From the NCBI GenBank assembly GCA_038848185.1, contig JAWCNV010000007.1:9378-73377 (forward strand): a stretch of DNA of 64,000 bases, read 5' to 3'. The number at the start of each line of letters is the position of its first letter. Position 1 is the first letter of the stretch. Below, piece after piece: positions 27,986 through 37,410 of this stretch. The position numbers and the translations under genes are program-made. Source of the DNA: Thermoproteota archaeon (GTDB lineage Archaea > Thermoproteota > EX4484-205 > JAAOZP01). Below the pieces are notes generated by a model. The model saw only the letters and a program-made list of their open reading frames with translations. It ran no database searches and was not told the DNA's origin.

Positions 27986-29209
27986 TTGGCGTCTGACGCT
28001 GATAGGGAAAGGCTCAAATGGATGTATGGAAGATCGTTTGTAAGCTCCCTTAGCAACGGTATGATCTCCCCCTTCATATATGTTTACGCTGCTAGGATCG
28101 GAGTTTCTTCAGGTGAAATAGGTTGGATGCATTCCTTCAACAATTTTTTCACGAACAGTCTTCAAGTTCCTTGGGGAAGGCTTAGCGACAGGATTGGGAG
28201 AAGAGTCATCATCATAGTTGCAACAAGCCTCCTAGCCTCACTCCTATGGATACCTATAGCATTAATCACCGAACCCAGATTTTTCCTCATGCTCGTGGCA
28301 CTGCAGTTTCTCCTAGCCTCAGCCGCAGTCCCTGCTTGGAACGCTCTTTTAAGAGAGTCGACGCAAGCCTTTTTCAGAAGCATAGCAGTCTCAAACATAA
28401 ACATCGCCTCACTACTCGGAAGCCTGATTGCAACAATCTTCTCCGGGTGGCTCATAGACTCCTCTGAAGGCAAAATCATAATTCCATCAGTCATAGCAAC
28501 TATTCTAGGATTAGTGGGAGCCTTAATACTTTTAAGGGTGAGAGAGAAGGAAATTAAGAAGCCTAAACCTGGAAAACTTACCTCCATCTTTAAGGTCACA
28601 GATATCCCTAGTTTAATCAACGAGAATAATGATTTCAAGCTTTTCCTAAAGCTGTCAGCAATATACGGTTTCTCCATGTCTCTCGCGTGGCCGATATTCA
28701 CGATCACTACTGCAATAATCCTAAACTTGAGTATGACGGAGGTTGGAGCCCTGTCGGTGATTCAGACAGTTGCAACGCTCCTAGTGCAGCCCTTAATGGG
28801 GCGCCTCGTAACCAGAATCGGTAAGAAGCCGCTAATAGTCTTTCACTACGTTGCCTTAACCACAGTTCCGCTAGTATACTGCTTCGCCTCAAGCTTCCTC
28901 CAGATAGCGGTGTTAAACACTTTCCTTGGACTGGTAGTAGCTGCAGGCAACGCGACAATCCTACCGTATATCCTAGATATTCTCCCCGAGAACCATGTTG
29001 GAGAATTCACCTCGATATACAATATGGTTATGGGCCTAGCATACTTCACTGGTTCAGCAATTGGGGGGAACGCTATTGAAATTATGAGCCAGTATCTTGG
29101 AAGAGTTTTAAGTCTTCAAGTAGGATACCTCGTCTCAGCCTCGGGGAGGCTTATCATAGGACTATCATTCCTTAAGATAAGGGAGACCGGGACGCCTAAA
29201 AGAATTTGA
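27986..29209 (+). CDS. MFS transporter (second copy)
   Basis: 407 aa, about 12 TM. GRLSDRIGRR MFS signature between TM2 and TM3. Confidence 0.8.
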   Translation: MASDADRERLKWMYGRSFVSSLSNGMISPFIYVYAARIGVSSGEIGWMHSFNNFFTNSLQVPWGRLSDRIGRRVIIIVATSLLASLLWIPIALITEPRFFLMLVALQFLLASAAVPAWNALLRESTQAFFRSIAVSNINIASLLGSLIATIFSGWLIDSSEGKIIIPSVIATILGLVGALILLRVREKEIKKPKPGKLTSIFKVTDIPSLINENNDFKLFLKLSAIYGFSMSLAWPIFTITTAIILNLSMTEVGALSVIQTVATLLVQPLMGRLVTRIGKKPLIVFHYVALTTVPLVYCFASSFLQIAVLNTFLGLVVAAGNATILPYILDILPENHVGEFTSIYNMVMGLAYFTGSAIGGNAIEIMSQYLGRVLSLQVGYLVSASGRLIIGLSFLKIRETGTPKRI

Positions 29210-29272
29210 AATCTGTCTATCTAATAGCTGAAAAACAACATAAACATGTGATTTTTACCACCGCACATTTGC

Positions 29273-30211
29273 TTAGAAGAAGTCTAGTGAAATTGTTCTT
29301 AGAACACTGTCTATCTCCATAAGCTCCTGTTCACTAAGCCTCCAGCCTGCTGCTCCAGCATTCTCCTCAGCCTGCTTAGGGTTCTTAGCCCCGGGTATTG
29401 GAACAACATTCCCATCTTTCAACAACCAGTTCATCGCAACCTGTGCAATAGTTTTACCCCTTGCCTTAGCAATCTTCTCGAGAACAGGTAGAAGCCGGCT
29501 TACCTCCTTAAGATTCTTGTCTGAGAAAAGCTTGTTATGCCTCCTAATATCGTCAGAAGGCTTGTTGCTCAAACTGTATTTTCCGGTTAAAGCCCCCTGC
29601 GCAAGCGGGCTGTAAGCGATTATCGTTATGTTCTCCCTTCTGCAGTAGGGTATGACCTCCTCCTCAATCTCCCTCTGCAACATGTTATACTTAACCTGGT
29701 TAGAAACTATGGGAGCTTCAGAAAGATGCTTCTTAGCCTCCTCCAGGTCTCTTACCGCGAAATTGCTGACGCCGATTGCCCTTATCTTACCCTCCTTGTA
29801 AAGCTTCCCCATAGCACGCATAGTGTGTTTCAAAGGAACCTGGTCCCAGGGGTCTGGCCAGTGAACTTGGTAAAGATCTATCTCCCTTACTCCGAGCCTT
29901 CTTAAACTGTTTTCAGCAGCCTTCAAAACATCGTCATACCTCAAGTGTCCACCCTGAACCTTCGTTGCGATAACGAGGTTCTCTCTCCCAACCTCCTTCA
30001 CTGCTCTTGCAACAACCTCCTCTGAATGCCCATTCCCGTATGCTTCAGCAGTATCTATCAGGTTTACTCCAAGCTCGTATGCTCTTACAATCGCCTTCAC
30101 TATCTGCTCATCCTCAACATCAACCCCCCAAGCTTTCCCACTGGCCTGCCAAGCACCCAGACCGATTATTGATGCTTTTAAATCGCTTTTACCCAACTTA
30201 ATATACTCCAT
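29273..30211 (-). CDS. Aldo/keto reductase
   Basis: AKR signature: LIDTAEAYGNGHSEE (catalytic Tyr), IGVSNF, and a C-terminal NADP-binding loop. Confidence 0.85.
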   Translation of the reverse strand: MEYIKLGKSDLKASIIGLGAWQASGKAWGVDVEDEQIVKAIVRAYELGVNLIDTAEAYGNGHSEEVVARAVKEVGRENLVIATKVQGGHLRYDDVLKAAENSLRRLGVREIDLYQVHWPDPWDQVPLKHTMRAMGKLYKEGKIRAIGVSNFAVRDLEEAKKHLSEAPIVSNQVKYNMLQREIEEEVIPYCRRENITIIAYSPLAQGALTGKYSLSNKPSDDIRRHNKLFSDKNLKEVSRLLPVLEKIAKARGKTIAQVAMNWLLKDGNVVPIPGAKNPKQAEENAGAAGWRLSEQELMEIDSVLRTISLDFF

Positions 30212-30448
30212 ACCTTACACCTCGGAAACGAAATAGTCTTCTTCGTTTTTAAACTTTCTCCGAAGCTGAAGGATGCATCAAACATCTTTTAGAAAAAAGA
30301 CAGTTTATAAGGATATCCCCGCTTCAAATCCTTAACAGCCTTTAAAGGAAGCTTATCGAACCAGTTTATCTCTATTACAATACTTCGCTCACCCGAAAAA
30401 CCAAAGATTTATATATGTTGAGCAGCACATCACACCCAGTGAATATAA

Positions 30449-31273
30449 ATGAAGGGGGAGTCGCATTCTCAGAGTCCTAGCGGGAAGAAAAAGCTTAACC
30501 CAAAGGAGGTTCTATGTTCAGAGTATCATCCTAATGAGAAGGTTGTCGAATGGTCTTTAAAAGCTAGGAATATGCCGGGGATAATGGCCACTATTATGAA
30601 TGTCCTATCTGAAAAAGGAGTGAGGTTCCTCTCCGGCTTCCAAACCATAGATCCGAATGAAAACATTTTTCTCCTAGGGGGCTTCATAGACCTCTCGGCT
30701 TCAAAAATTAAATCAGAAGACGTTGGAAAATTATTGAGAGCTGTTGAGGGTGTTTTAGAGGTTAATGTTCATGAGGAAATGTTCGACGGGTTGATTATCG
30801 ACGAGCTCCATTTCCCGCTGAAAGTTTCAGGTGAGAGAAGCTTTACTTTCAGGGTTGAAACATTCGGAGGTATACTTAAGAGGCTTTATGAGAAGTTTGG
30901 AACTGGTGCTGCAGTAATACTCTACGAAATGGGTATGGCAGCAGGCGAGAGTAGGGCGAAGAGTGCTGTGAAGAAGCATCGCACAGATAAGTTAGGCATT
31001 TTGAAACTGATAATGGCTGAAAGGTCTGCTAAAGGCTGGTGTCTAGCTGAAGTGGAGGATTTCAGCAGTAAAAAGGCTGTGCTGACAGTTAATGACTTAT
31101 TTGAATGCATGCCTTTTAAAGGTAAGCAGGACAGGGCAATCAGCCATTTCTTCAGGGGGTATTTGGCAGGAATATGTCAAACCCTATTTGGTAAAGAGGT
31201 TTCTGTAACGGAGGTTGAATGCATAGCCAAGGGGGACCCTGTCTGTAAATTTAACATTCAGGTCAAGGATTAA
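30449..31273 (+). CDS. ACT-like plus V4R (4-vinyl-reductase-type) domain protein; putative small-molecule sensor
   Basis: N-terminal ACT-like segment (PGIMATIMNVLSEKGV). C-terminal V4R fold with conserved Cys pair (ECIAKGDPVCKF). Confidence 0.5.
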   Translation: MKGESHSQSPSGKKKLNPKEVLCSEYHPNEKVVEWSLKARNMPGIMATIMNVLSEKGVRFLSGFQTIDPNENIFLLGGFIDLSASKIKSEDVGKLLRAVEGVLEVNVHEEMFDGLIIDELHFPLKVSGERSFTFRVETFGGILKRLYEKFGTGAAVILYEMGMAAGESRAKSAVKKHRTDKLGILKLIMAERSAKGWCLAEVEDFSSKKAVLTVNDLFECMPFKGKQDRAISHFFRGYLAGICQTLFGKEVSVTEVECIAKGDPVCKFNIQVKD

Positions 31274-31350
31274 CCTTTTTAATGAAACATATAGAAGACT
31301 TAGCCTTTTCTTTATTAAAGCTTATATCTCTATTATGAGTTTCTTTTCCT

Positions 31351-32886
31351 ATGTTTCCAAAGAATTTTCTCTGGGGGGCTGCGGAAGCAGGTTTCCAGTT
31401 TGAGATGGGTGATTCCGATGGTAGGAATGTTGATCCTAATACTGATTGGTTTAAATGGGTTCATGATGCTGAGAATATCCGTAATAAAACTGTTAGTGGA
31501 GACCTTCCTGAGAACGGGATTAACTACTGGGAGCTTTACAAGGTTGACCATGATTTGGCAAGAGGCTTGGGAATGAATGCCTATAGGCTTGGGGTTGAGT
31601 GGAGCAGAATATTTCCTAAAAACACTTCAGAAGTTAAAACTGACGTAGAGATATCTTCAGACGGAAGGATAAGCAGGATAGAGTTGGATGAGAAGAGCCT
31701 AGAGAAGCTGGAGCCATTAGCAGACATGAATGCTCTAAAACACTATGAGAAGATGATTGACGACCTGAGGGAGAAAGGGTTTAAAGTAATAATATGTCTT
31801 AATCATTTCACTCTCCCACTCTGGGTGCATGACCCGATTGTCGCAAGGGATTCTAAGCTTAAGCGTGGGCCGAGAGGATGGTACGATCAGGATACGGTTG
31901 TCGAGTTCACGAAGTACGCAGCCTTCCTAGCGTGGAAGCTTGGGGCAAAGATAGATATGTGGGCTACTTTCAACGAGCCGAATGTGGTTGCGGAGATGGG
32001 TTACTTCATGGGGCTGGGAGGGTTTCCACCAGGCATCAAGATGAATGCTTTAAGCTCTTTCAGAGTGTTTAAAAGGGTTTTGCTTAACATGATTGTTGCG
32101 CATGCAAGAGCCTTCGAAGCCATTAAGAAGTTTGATGTTCAGCGTGCTGACTCAGATAGTTCTCAGCCTGCTTCGGTAGGAATTATTCAAAACGTTATTC
32201 CAGCGATGCCGCTGAACCCCTCTAGGGATGCTGATTTACAGGCTTCACGCTTCCTTGAGAAGATGCATAACGATTTTTTCATTGACGCTGCATCATCCGG
32301 CTGGGTTGACATGAACCTAAACAATATTAAAGATGAGAACGAGGTTAAGAAGGATCTTGAAGGCAAGATGGATTGGCTGGGTTTAAACTATTATACTCGG
32401 ATGGTTGTAAGCGGTAAGAAGTTTTTCCTAGCGAGATTAGTCTCAGGCATTTCAGCTATCCCAGAACTCGTTGAAGGTTATGGTTTCGCGTGTAAAGCCA
32501 ATGAAGTTTCCAAGGATGGTAGACCAACATCAGACTTCGGCTGGGAACTGTATCCAGAAGGGCTTGTAAGAGTAGTTGTCGAAATGTCGAGATACGGTAA
32601 GCCTATTTACGTGACTGAGAATGGTGCTGCAGACTCCGAGGACAGAATTAGATCAAGATATATCGTTGAACACTTGAAGGTTTTGGAGAACTTGGTTGAG
32701 GAGAAGCATGTCGACCTAAGGGGTTACTTCCATTGGGCTTTAACAGACAACTATGAGTGGGCAGAAGGATTCAGTATGAAGTTTGGATTATATGGCGTTG
32801 ATCTTAAAACTAAGAAGAGGCTTCGGAGAAAAGGCGCCGAGGTTCTTAGAAAAATAATTCAGAACGGTACCGTAAGCAACACGTGA
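31351..32886 (+). CDS. Glycoside hydrolase family 1 beta-glycosidase (beta-glucosidase/beta-mannosidase type)
   Basis: GH1 motifs: FLWGAAEAGFQFE, TFNEPNVV (acid/base Glu), YVTENG (nucleophile Glu), ALTDNYEWAEGF. Confidence 0.9.
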   Translation: MFPKNFLWGAAEAGFQFEMGDSDGRNVDPNTDWFKWVHDAENIRNKTVSGDLPENGINYWELYKVDHDLARGLGMNAYRLGVEWSRIFPKNTSEVKTDVEISSDGRISRIELDEKSLEKLEPLADMNALKHYEKMIDDLREKGFKVIICLNHFTLPLWVHDPIVARDSKLKRGPRGWYDQDTVVEFTKYAAFLAWKLGAKIDMWATFNEPNVVAEMGYFMGLGGFPPGIKMNALSSFRVFKRVLLNMIVAHARAFEAIKKFDVQRADSDSSQPASVGIIQNVIPAMPLNPSRDADLQASRFLEKMHNDFFIDAASSGWVDMNLNNIKDENEVKKDLEGKMDWLGLNYYTRMVVSGKKFFLARLVSGISAIPELVEGYGFACKANEVSKDGRPTSDFGWELYPEGLVRVVVEMSRYGKPIYVTENGAADSEDRIRSRYIVEHLKVLENLVEEKHVDLRGYFHWALTDNYEWAEGFSMKFGLYGVDLKTKKRLRRKGAEVLRKIIQNGTVSNT

Positions 32887-32913
32887 TAATATCTTGAGGA
32901 TCCTTTTAAACAA

Positions 32914-33309
32914 ATGAGCCGGAAGAAACTTATCTACGTTATTCAAAAACACGCGGCAACGCATCTCCACTATGATCTCAGGCTTGAAATGGATGGTGTT
33001 CTGAAAAGCTGGGCTATTCCTAAGGAGCCTGAGGATAAGCCTGGTGCAAGGAGGCTGGCCATACAGGTTGAGGATCATCCTCTGGAATATGCCAGTTTTG
33101 AAGGATTCATTCCTGAAGGCCAATACGGTGCAGGGGAGGTTGAGAGATGGGATTTCGGGAACTATGAGCTTGTAAAAAAGACGGAGAGGAGTATAGAGGT
33201 TGAAATATATGGGAAACGCCTCAAGGGACGTTTCATCCTGATGAAATTTGAGAAAGCAGGAGGAAACGCTTGGCTCTTCTTTAAGAAGAAGAGCAGTGTC
33301 CGTGCTTAA
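32914..33309 (+). CDS. Stand-alone DNA ligase D 3'-phosphoesterase (LigD-PE) domain protein
   Basis: [32 protein letters not shown] matches the LigD PE core (H..HyDlRlE..GvL.SWAvPKGP). 131 aa, the right size for archaeal stand-alone PE proteins. Confidence 0.75.
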   Translation: MSRKKLIYVIQKHAATHLHYDLRLEMDGVLKSWAIPKEPEDKPGARRLAIQVEDHPLEYASFEGFIPEGQYGAGEVERWDFGNYELVKKTERSIEVEIYGKRLKGRFILMKFEKAGGNAWLFFKKKSSVRA

Positions 33310-33445
33310 ACCATGGCGACCAAGTTAAAAACATCTAACCCTTAAGAGTAAAAACAGTTTTTTTCCCATTCTCTGTGTCTACTCTGTTTAACAGCAAGGT
33401 TCATATAGATGTAGGTCTAACAAAAATTTCAGGGTGTAGCTGCAA

Positions 33446-34459
33446 ATGGGTGGAGTAAGAATAATCGGAGAAAATTTGAAAAACATGCCTTGGCAGGATA
33501 AGCCTGAAGGTTATGAAGGCGTTATATGGAGGTATGATAAGAATCCTCTAACGAAGTGGAATCCTACTAAGAGCACTGCAAGAATATTCAATAGTGCGGT
33601 GGTCCCGTTTAAGAACAGGTTTGTAGGAGTTTTCAGGGCGGACCATAAGGACGGTAAAGCTAGGCTTCACGTGGGTTGGAGCGAAGACGGGGTTTCATGG
33701 GATATCGAGGACGAGGTGATAATGTGGAAGGATGAGAAGGGAGAAATATACCAGCCTAACTACGCTTACGACCCGAGGGTTGTTAAGATAGAGGACACCT
33801 ATTACATAACTTGGTGCACAGACTTCTTCGGCCCCACTATAGGAGTAGGTAGGACGAAGGATTTCAAAGAGTTCACCCGGCTTGAAAACGCTTTCCTCCC
33901 CTTCAATAGGAATGGTGTCCTATTCCCGAGGAAGGTCAATGGTAAATACTTAATGCTTTCAAGACCCAGCGATACTGGGCACACTCCTTTCGGAGACATC
34001 TTCCTGAGCGAAAGCCCTGACATGATTCACTGGGGGAGACACAGGAGGGTTATGGGTAGAGGAGGATCAGGATGGTGGCAGGGGCTTAAAATCGGAGCAG
34101 GCCCAATACCAATTGAAACAACAGAGGGTTGGCTGCTTTTCTACCATGGTGTGGTTCTTACGTGCAACGGTTATGTCTATAGCTGTGGGGCAGCAATACT
34201 AGACTTAAACACTCCCTCCAGGGTTCTATACAGGTGTAGAGACTACTTGTTGACGCCGGAGAAGGAGTATGAGACAGTAGGCTTTGTTCCCAACGTAGTT
34301 TTTCCGTGCGCAACCTTAACGGATGCGGAAAGTGGTAGAATCGCCCTGTACTATGGTTCTGCAGACACATATGTTTCACTGGCTTTTGCATATGTTGACG
34401 AAGTAGTGGACTACGTTAAAGAAAACGCGGAGCCGTTTCGCGAGGGAGAGGGAAGATAA
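33446..34459 (+). CDS. GH130 family glycoside phosphorylase (beta-1,4-mannoside phosphorylase-like)
   Basis: Five-bladed beta-propeller GH130 pattern (FNSAVVPF..RADH, YDPRVV..YYITW, LFPRKVNGKYLMLSRP, LFYHG, ALYYGSADT). Confidence 0.8.
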   Translation: MGGVRIIGENLKNMPWQDKPEGYEGVIWRYDKNPLTKWNPTKSTARIFNSAVVPFKNRFVGVFRADHKDGKARLHVGWSEDGVSWDIEDEVIMWKDEKGEIYQPNYAYDPRVVKIEDTYYITWCTDFFGPTIGVGRTKDFKEFTRLENAFLPFNRNGVLFPRKVNGKYLMLSRPSDTGHTPFGDIFLSESPDMIHWGRHRRVMGRGGSGWWQGLKIGAGPIPIETTEGWLLFYHGVVLTCNGYVYSCGAAILDLNTPSRVLYRCRDYLLTPEKEYETVGFVPNVVFPCATLTDAESGRIALYYGSADTYVSLAFAYVDEVVDYVKENAEPFREGEGR

Positions 34460-34532
34460 ATAGTATCCGTTTTGAAGAAAACAAGTTTGGCAGCTGTTTC
34501 AACCGTTAGGAAAACCCTAAAACCTATGTCAG

Positions 34533-34850
34533 CTAGTTTTTTTCAATATTCTCTTGAGCCTCTCTAAGCCTAGATAAGAATATTCTCAAAGCATTAATCC
34601 CATCCGGGGTTAATACCAGAATTCTTGCCCTCAAATCCTCCCATGGTCGGTTAACCCTTATATAGTCTTTCTCCTCAAGAGCCTTCAGATGGTGTGCTAA
34701 TCGACCTGGTGAAAGACCAAGCCCCTCAGCAACCTCCGTAAACCTTGCCTTCCCCCTTACCGAAAGAAAAAGCATAACAGCTAATCTAACATTATCCCCT
34801 AATACTTCTCCTTCTTCAATTAGGCGTCTAATTTTCTCCTCTGGCTGCAT
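34533..34850 (-). CDS. ArsR/SmtB-like winged-helix transcriptional regulator
   Basis: 105 aa. HTH segment RLAVMLFLSVRGKARFTEVAEGLGLSPGRLAHHLKALEEKDYI. Confidence 0.65.
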   Translation of the reverse strand: MQPEEKIRRLIEEGEVLGDNVRLAVMLFLSVRGKARFTEVAEGLGLSPGRLAHHLKALEEKDYIRVNRPWEDLRARILVLTPDGINALRIFLSRLREAQENIEKN

Positions 34851-35550
34851 GAAGAATCCCTAGTGCTTTCTGCCTAGCTGACAGGATATACCAGACAGCA
34901 GTCACGAAATACGAGAAGGTTAAGTGGATGGAATTGATAATGTAAGGATAGAATTCTTCCGGAAGTAGCAGGTATGAGGGCAAAGTTAGAAGGAGGTAGA
35001 GGCATACGAAGAGTGGCCGGGGGTCAATTCTACGGGTTGCCCGAAACTCCCACAAGAAGGTGGCCATGTTCCCAAGGGAAACTCCCAGACTTACCATTAC
35101 TGCTATCCTTAGGGCAACTAACTCGGCAGGTATCACAACATTAGATATTACTGAGGAAAACAGAAATGCGAAAACCCAGAAAAGCATCGAAATATATTCT
35201 GTTTCTGGTTTTACCCTTTTTCCCTGAGCCTTAAACAACTCTAATGTTACACTTATTCTACTGATTATCATTACAGATAAACTGGCTACTGTGAAAGACG
35301 CTCCAAAGACAAGTATTACTAGGATGATCACCGGGGTTGATAGTTTGAAAACGGCCATTAGAAGCTCCGTCAGCATTCCTGCAAATAATGCTGCCGAAAG
35401 GTATAGTAGGTAAATAATGGCGCCTGAAACCTCTGAAAGCACTATCGCGTATGCTTCAACTATTCTGAAAAGATTTTTACTCATGCTTAGTATATCTAAA
35501 CAGATAATATAAATGTTTCTTAACTTTGGAAAACAAAGTAAACGAAGCAT
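34828..35550 (-). CDS. Integral membrane protein (6 TM), function unknown
   Basis: 240 aa, hydrophobic throughout. Overlaps the downstream ArsR-like gene by 23 nt, suggesting an operon. Confidence 0.5.
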   Translation of the reverse strand: MLRLLCFPKLRNIYIICLDILSMSKNLFRIVEAYAIVLSEVSGAIIYLLYLSAALFAGMLTELLMAVFKLSTPVIILVILVFGASFTVASLSVMIISRISVTLELFKAQGKRVKPETEYISMLFWVFAFLFSSVISNVVIPAELVALRIAVMVSLGVSLGNMATFLWEFRATRRIDPRPLFVCLYLLLTLPSYLLLPEEFYPYIINSIHLTFSYFVTAVWYILSARQKALGILHAARGEN

Positions 35551-35578
35551 TATAAACCTTCAAGTAGAAGCCTACAGC

Positions 35579-36358
35579 ATGAGCATAAGGTTGCAGAATG
35601 TATCTGCCAGATATTCAAGGGCAAGCATTCTCCATGATATTGATTTAGATTTAAACGGTAGAGACATAATCCTAGGTCCGAATGGCTCTGGCAAAACAAC
35701 GCTTTTCCGCACAATACTTGGAGTGAATGTGTATTCTGAGGGACACATAGAGATAGACGAGGTTGATGTTAAGAAGATAAAAAGCACTCCAGGAATATTG
35801 GCAACAAACCTCGACGAGGTTTATAATCTTCTGAGGATTCCAATAAGGAATGTGGCTAAGCTTTACCTTGAACTTGGTAAGGGAGATTTCTCAAGATTTC
35901 TAAGTATGGTTGAAGAATTTGAAGCATCCAGTGCTTTAAATAAGAGGCTTGATGAATTATCAGCTGGGCAGAGAAGAATCATGTGTAATCTTATCGCGCT
36001 GGCTATGAATACAAAGTATGTTCTCCTCGATGAACCTTTTGAAAACATGGATCCTGCTAGAAGGGTTAAGATGGCCAAGATTATCATAGATTGGGATGGG
36101 GGCATCATAATGAATACTCATGCAACATGGCTTCTCGATAAGTTTTCAGACTGGCAGGCTCACCTAATGTTTCATGGGAAAACATGTGAGCCTGTGAGGG
36201 TTAATGGCCTTCTGAACTCGAGAATAGTTGAAGGACAGAGAGAAGGTGCAATTAGTTTTACAATTAGAGAGAAAACGTTCTCACTAGTGTCTGGGAATCA
36301 AGGTATTTGCCTTACTGAAATGGAGAGTTTAGACCGTCTCTTCGAGGTGGGGTTGTGA
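35579..36358 (+). CDS. ABC transporter ATP-binding protein (ABC-2 type)
   Basis: Start moved to ATG 35579 (MSIRLQNV). Walker A GPNGSGKTT, signature LSAGQ, Walker B VLLDEP, H-loop NTHATW. Confidence 0.75.
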   Translation: MSIRLQNVSARYSRASILHDIDLDLNGRDIILGPNGSGKTTLFRTILGVNVYSEGHIEIDEVDVKKIKSTPGILATNLDEVYNLLRIPIRNVAKLYLELGKGDFSRFLSMVEEFEASSALNKRLDELSAGQRRIMCNLIALAMNTKYVLLDEPFENMDPARRVKMAKIIIDWDGGIIMNTHATWLLDKFSDWQAHLMFHGKTCEPVRVNGLLNSRIVEGQREGAISFTIREKTFSLVSGNQGICLTEMESLDRLFEVGL

Positions 36359-37182
36359 TGAGCATTCTTTTATTCAAAATGCTTTCGAAGGAAATGTTCA
36401 GGAACCCTTCTGCCTGGGGATGGGGTTTCTTCTTCGTCTCTTTCTGGATTATCATGGGGGCCTACATATTTAGTATTGAAATGCCTAAAGGTCTTCCTGC
36501 TGAAGCATATTTCTCCTACACGGGTAGCTGGTTCTCAATATCTCTAGTCTACAGTTTCTCGGCTCTTGCAGTAGGCATTGTTAATTCTTCATATTACTCA
36601 TCTTTCTCCCTAAGATATTTGACGAAATATTCTGCTCTCAATAATAAGCGTTACTACGCTGTGAGCCTGATTTCGACAGCCATGTTCTTCACGGTTTTCA
36701 CAATGCTCTTAGGAGTAGAGACATTTTTAATATATAGCTTTAGGTTCGGAGTCTTGCTGGCTCCCAAGAACCCTGTTGAACTGGCCTTAGCATCAATCTT
36801 ATCAGCATTATTCATATATGTGCTTTCAAGCTCCATAGCCTATTTAATCCTAGTTTTGAAGAGGCCGCGACTCGTCACCTTCGCATCCTTTCTACCCCTC
36901 GTTGTCTCCTACCCGCTTCTATTCCTACAACTATACCTTGACATAGGTTATGCCACAGTCCTATCCCCCTTTAACACGATTAACAGCCTCATCTACCGTT
37001 ATTACTCCGGAATCGAAGTGCCTAAGGGACCTCTATTTATTGGTAGTCAAGCCTCTGCAACAATAGATCCATTATACTTTTGGGCATCGCTTTTTTCATG
37101 GATTGTTTTACTCAGCATAATTAACATAATCCTGATAGGGAAGCAAAGGGGGGTCAGCGTAGAGGAACTCAGACAGTTTTGA
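36355..37182 (+). CDS. ABC-2 type transporter permease
   Basis: 275 aa, 6 TM. ATGA overlap with the ATPase gene. Confidence 0.6.
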   Translation: MMSILLFKMLSKEMFRNPSAWGWGFFFVSFWIIMGAYIFSIEMPKGLPAEAYFSYTGSWFSISLVYSFSALAVGIVNSSYYSSFSLRYLTKYSALNNKRYYAVSLISTAMFFTVFTMLLGVETFLIYSFRFGVLLAPKNPVELALASILSALFIYVLSSSIAYLILVLKRPRLVTFASFLPLVVSYPLLFLQLYLDIGYATVLSPFNTINSLIYRYYSGIEVPKGPLFIGSQASATIDPLYFWASLFSWIVLLSIINIILIGKQRGVSVEELRQF

Positions 37183-37410
37183 GCCGTCCACAGCAAGTCT
37201 GTCGACCAGACGCTCTACTCACCCCCTAGCGACAGTAAGCATATAGCTAGCGATATCACTCTCGACAGGTTTAAGCAGTAATTTTTTATTTAAAAGGCTT
37301 AAAAACCAGTGTTTCTGGTTTTAGATAGGGTTTTAAAGAGTTGTCCATAGTCTAAAAACCAAAAAATCTTAAATATTCTCCGTGATAAAATATATTCAAG
37401 GTAATCTTGA

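Noticed and set aside
37303-37321. Hairpin AAACCAG-TGTTT-CTGGTTT followed by T residues, considered as a terminator
   Set aside because: It is 120 nt downstream of the preceding stop and within the likely promoter region of the 37411 gene. Archaeal termination relies on T-tracts, and a better one is at 37281-37290. Could not be distinguished from chance.
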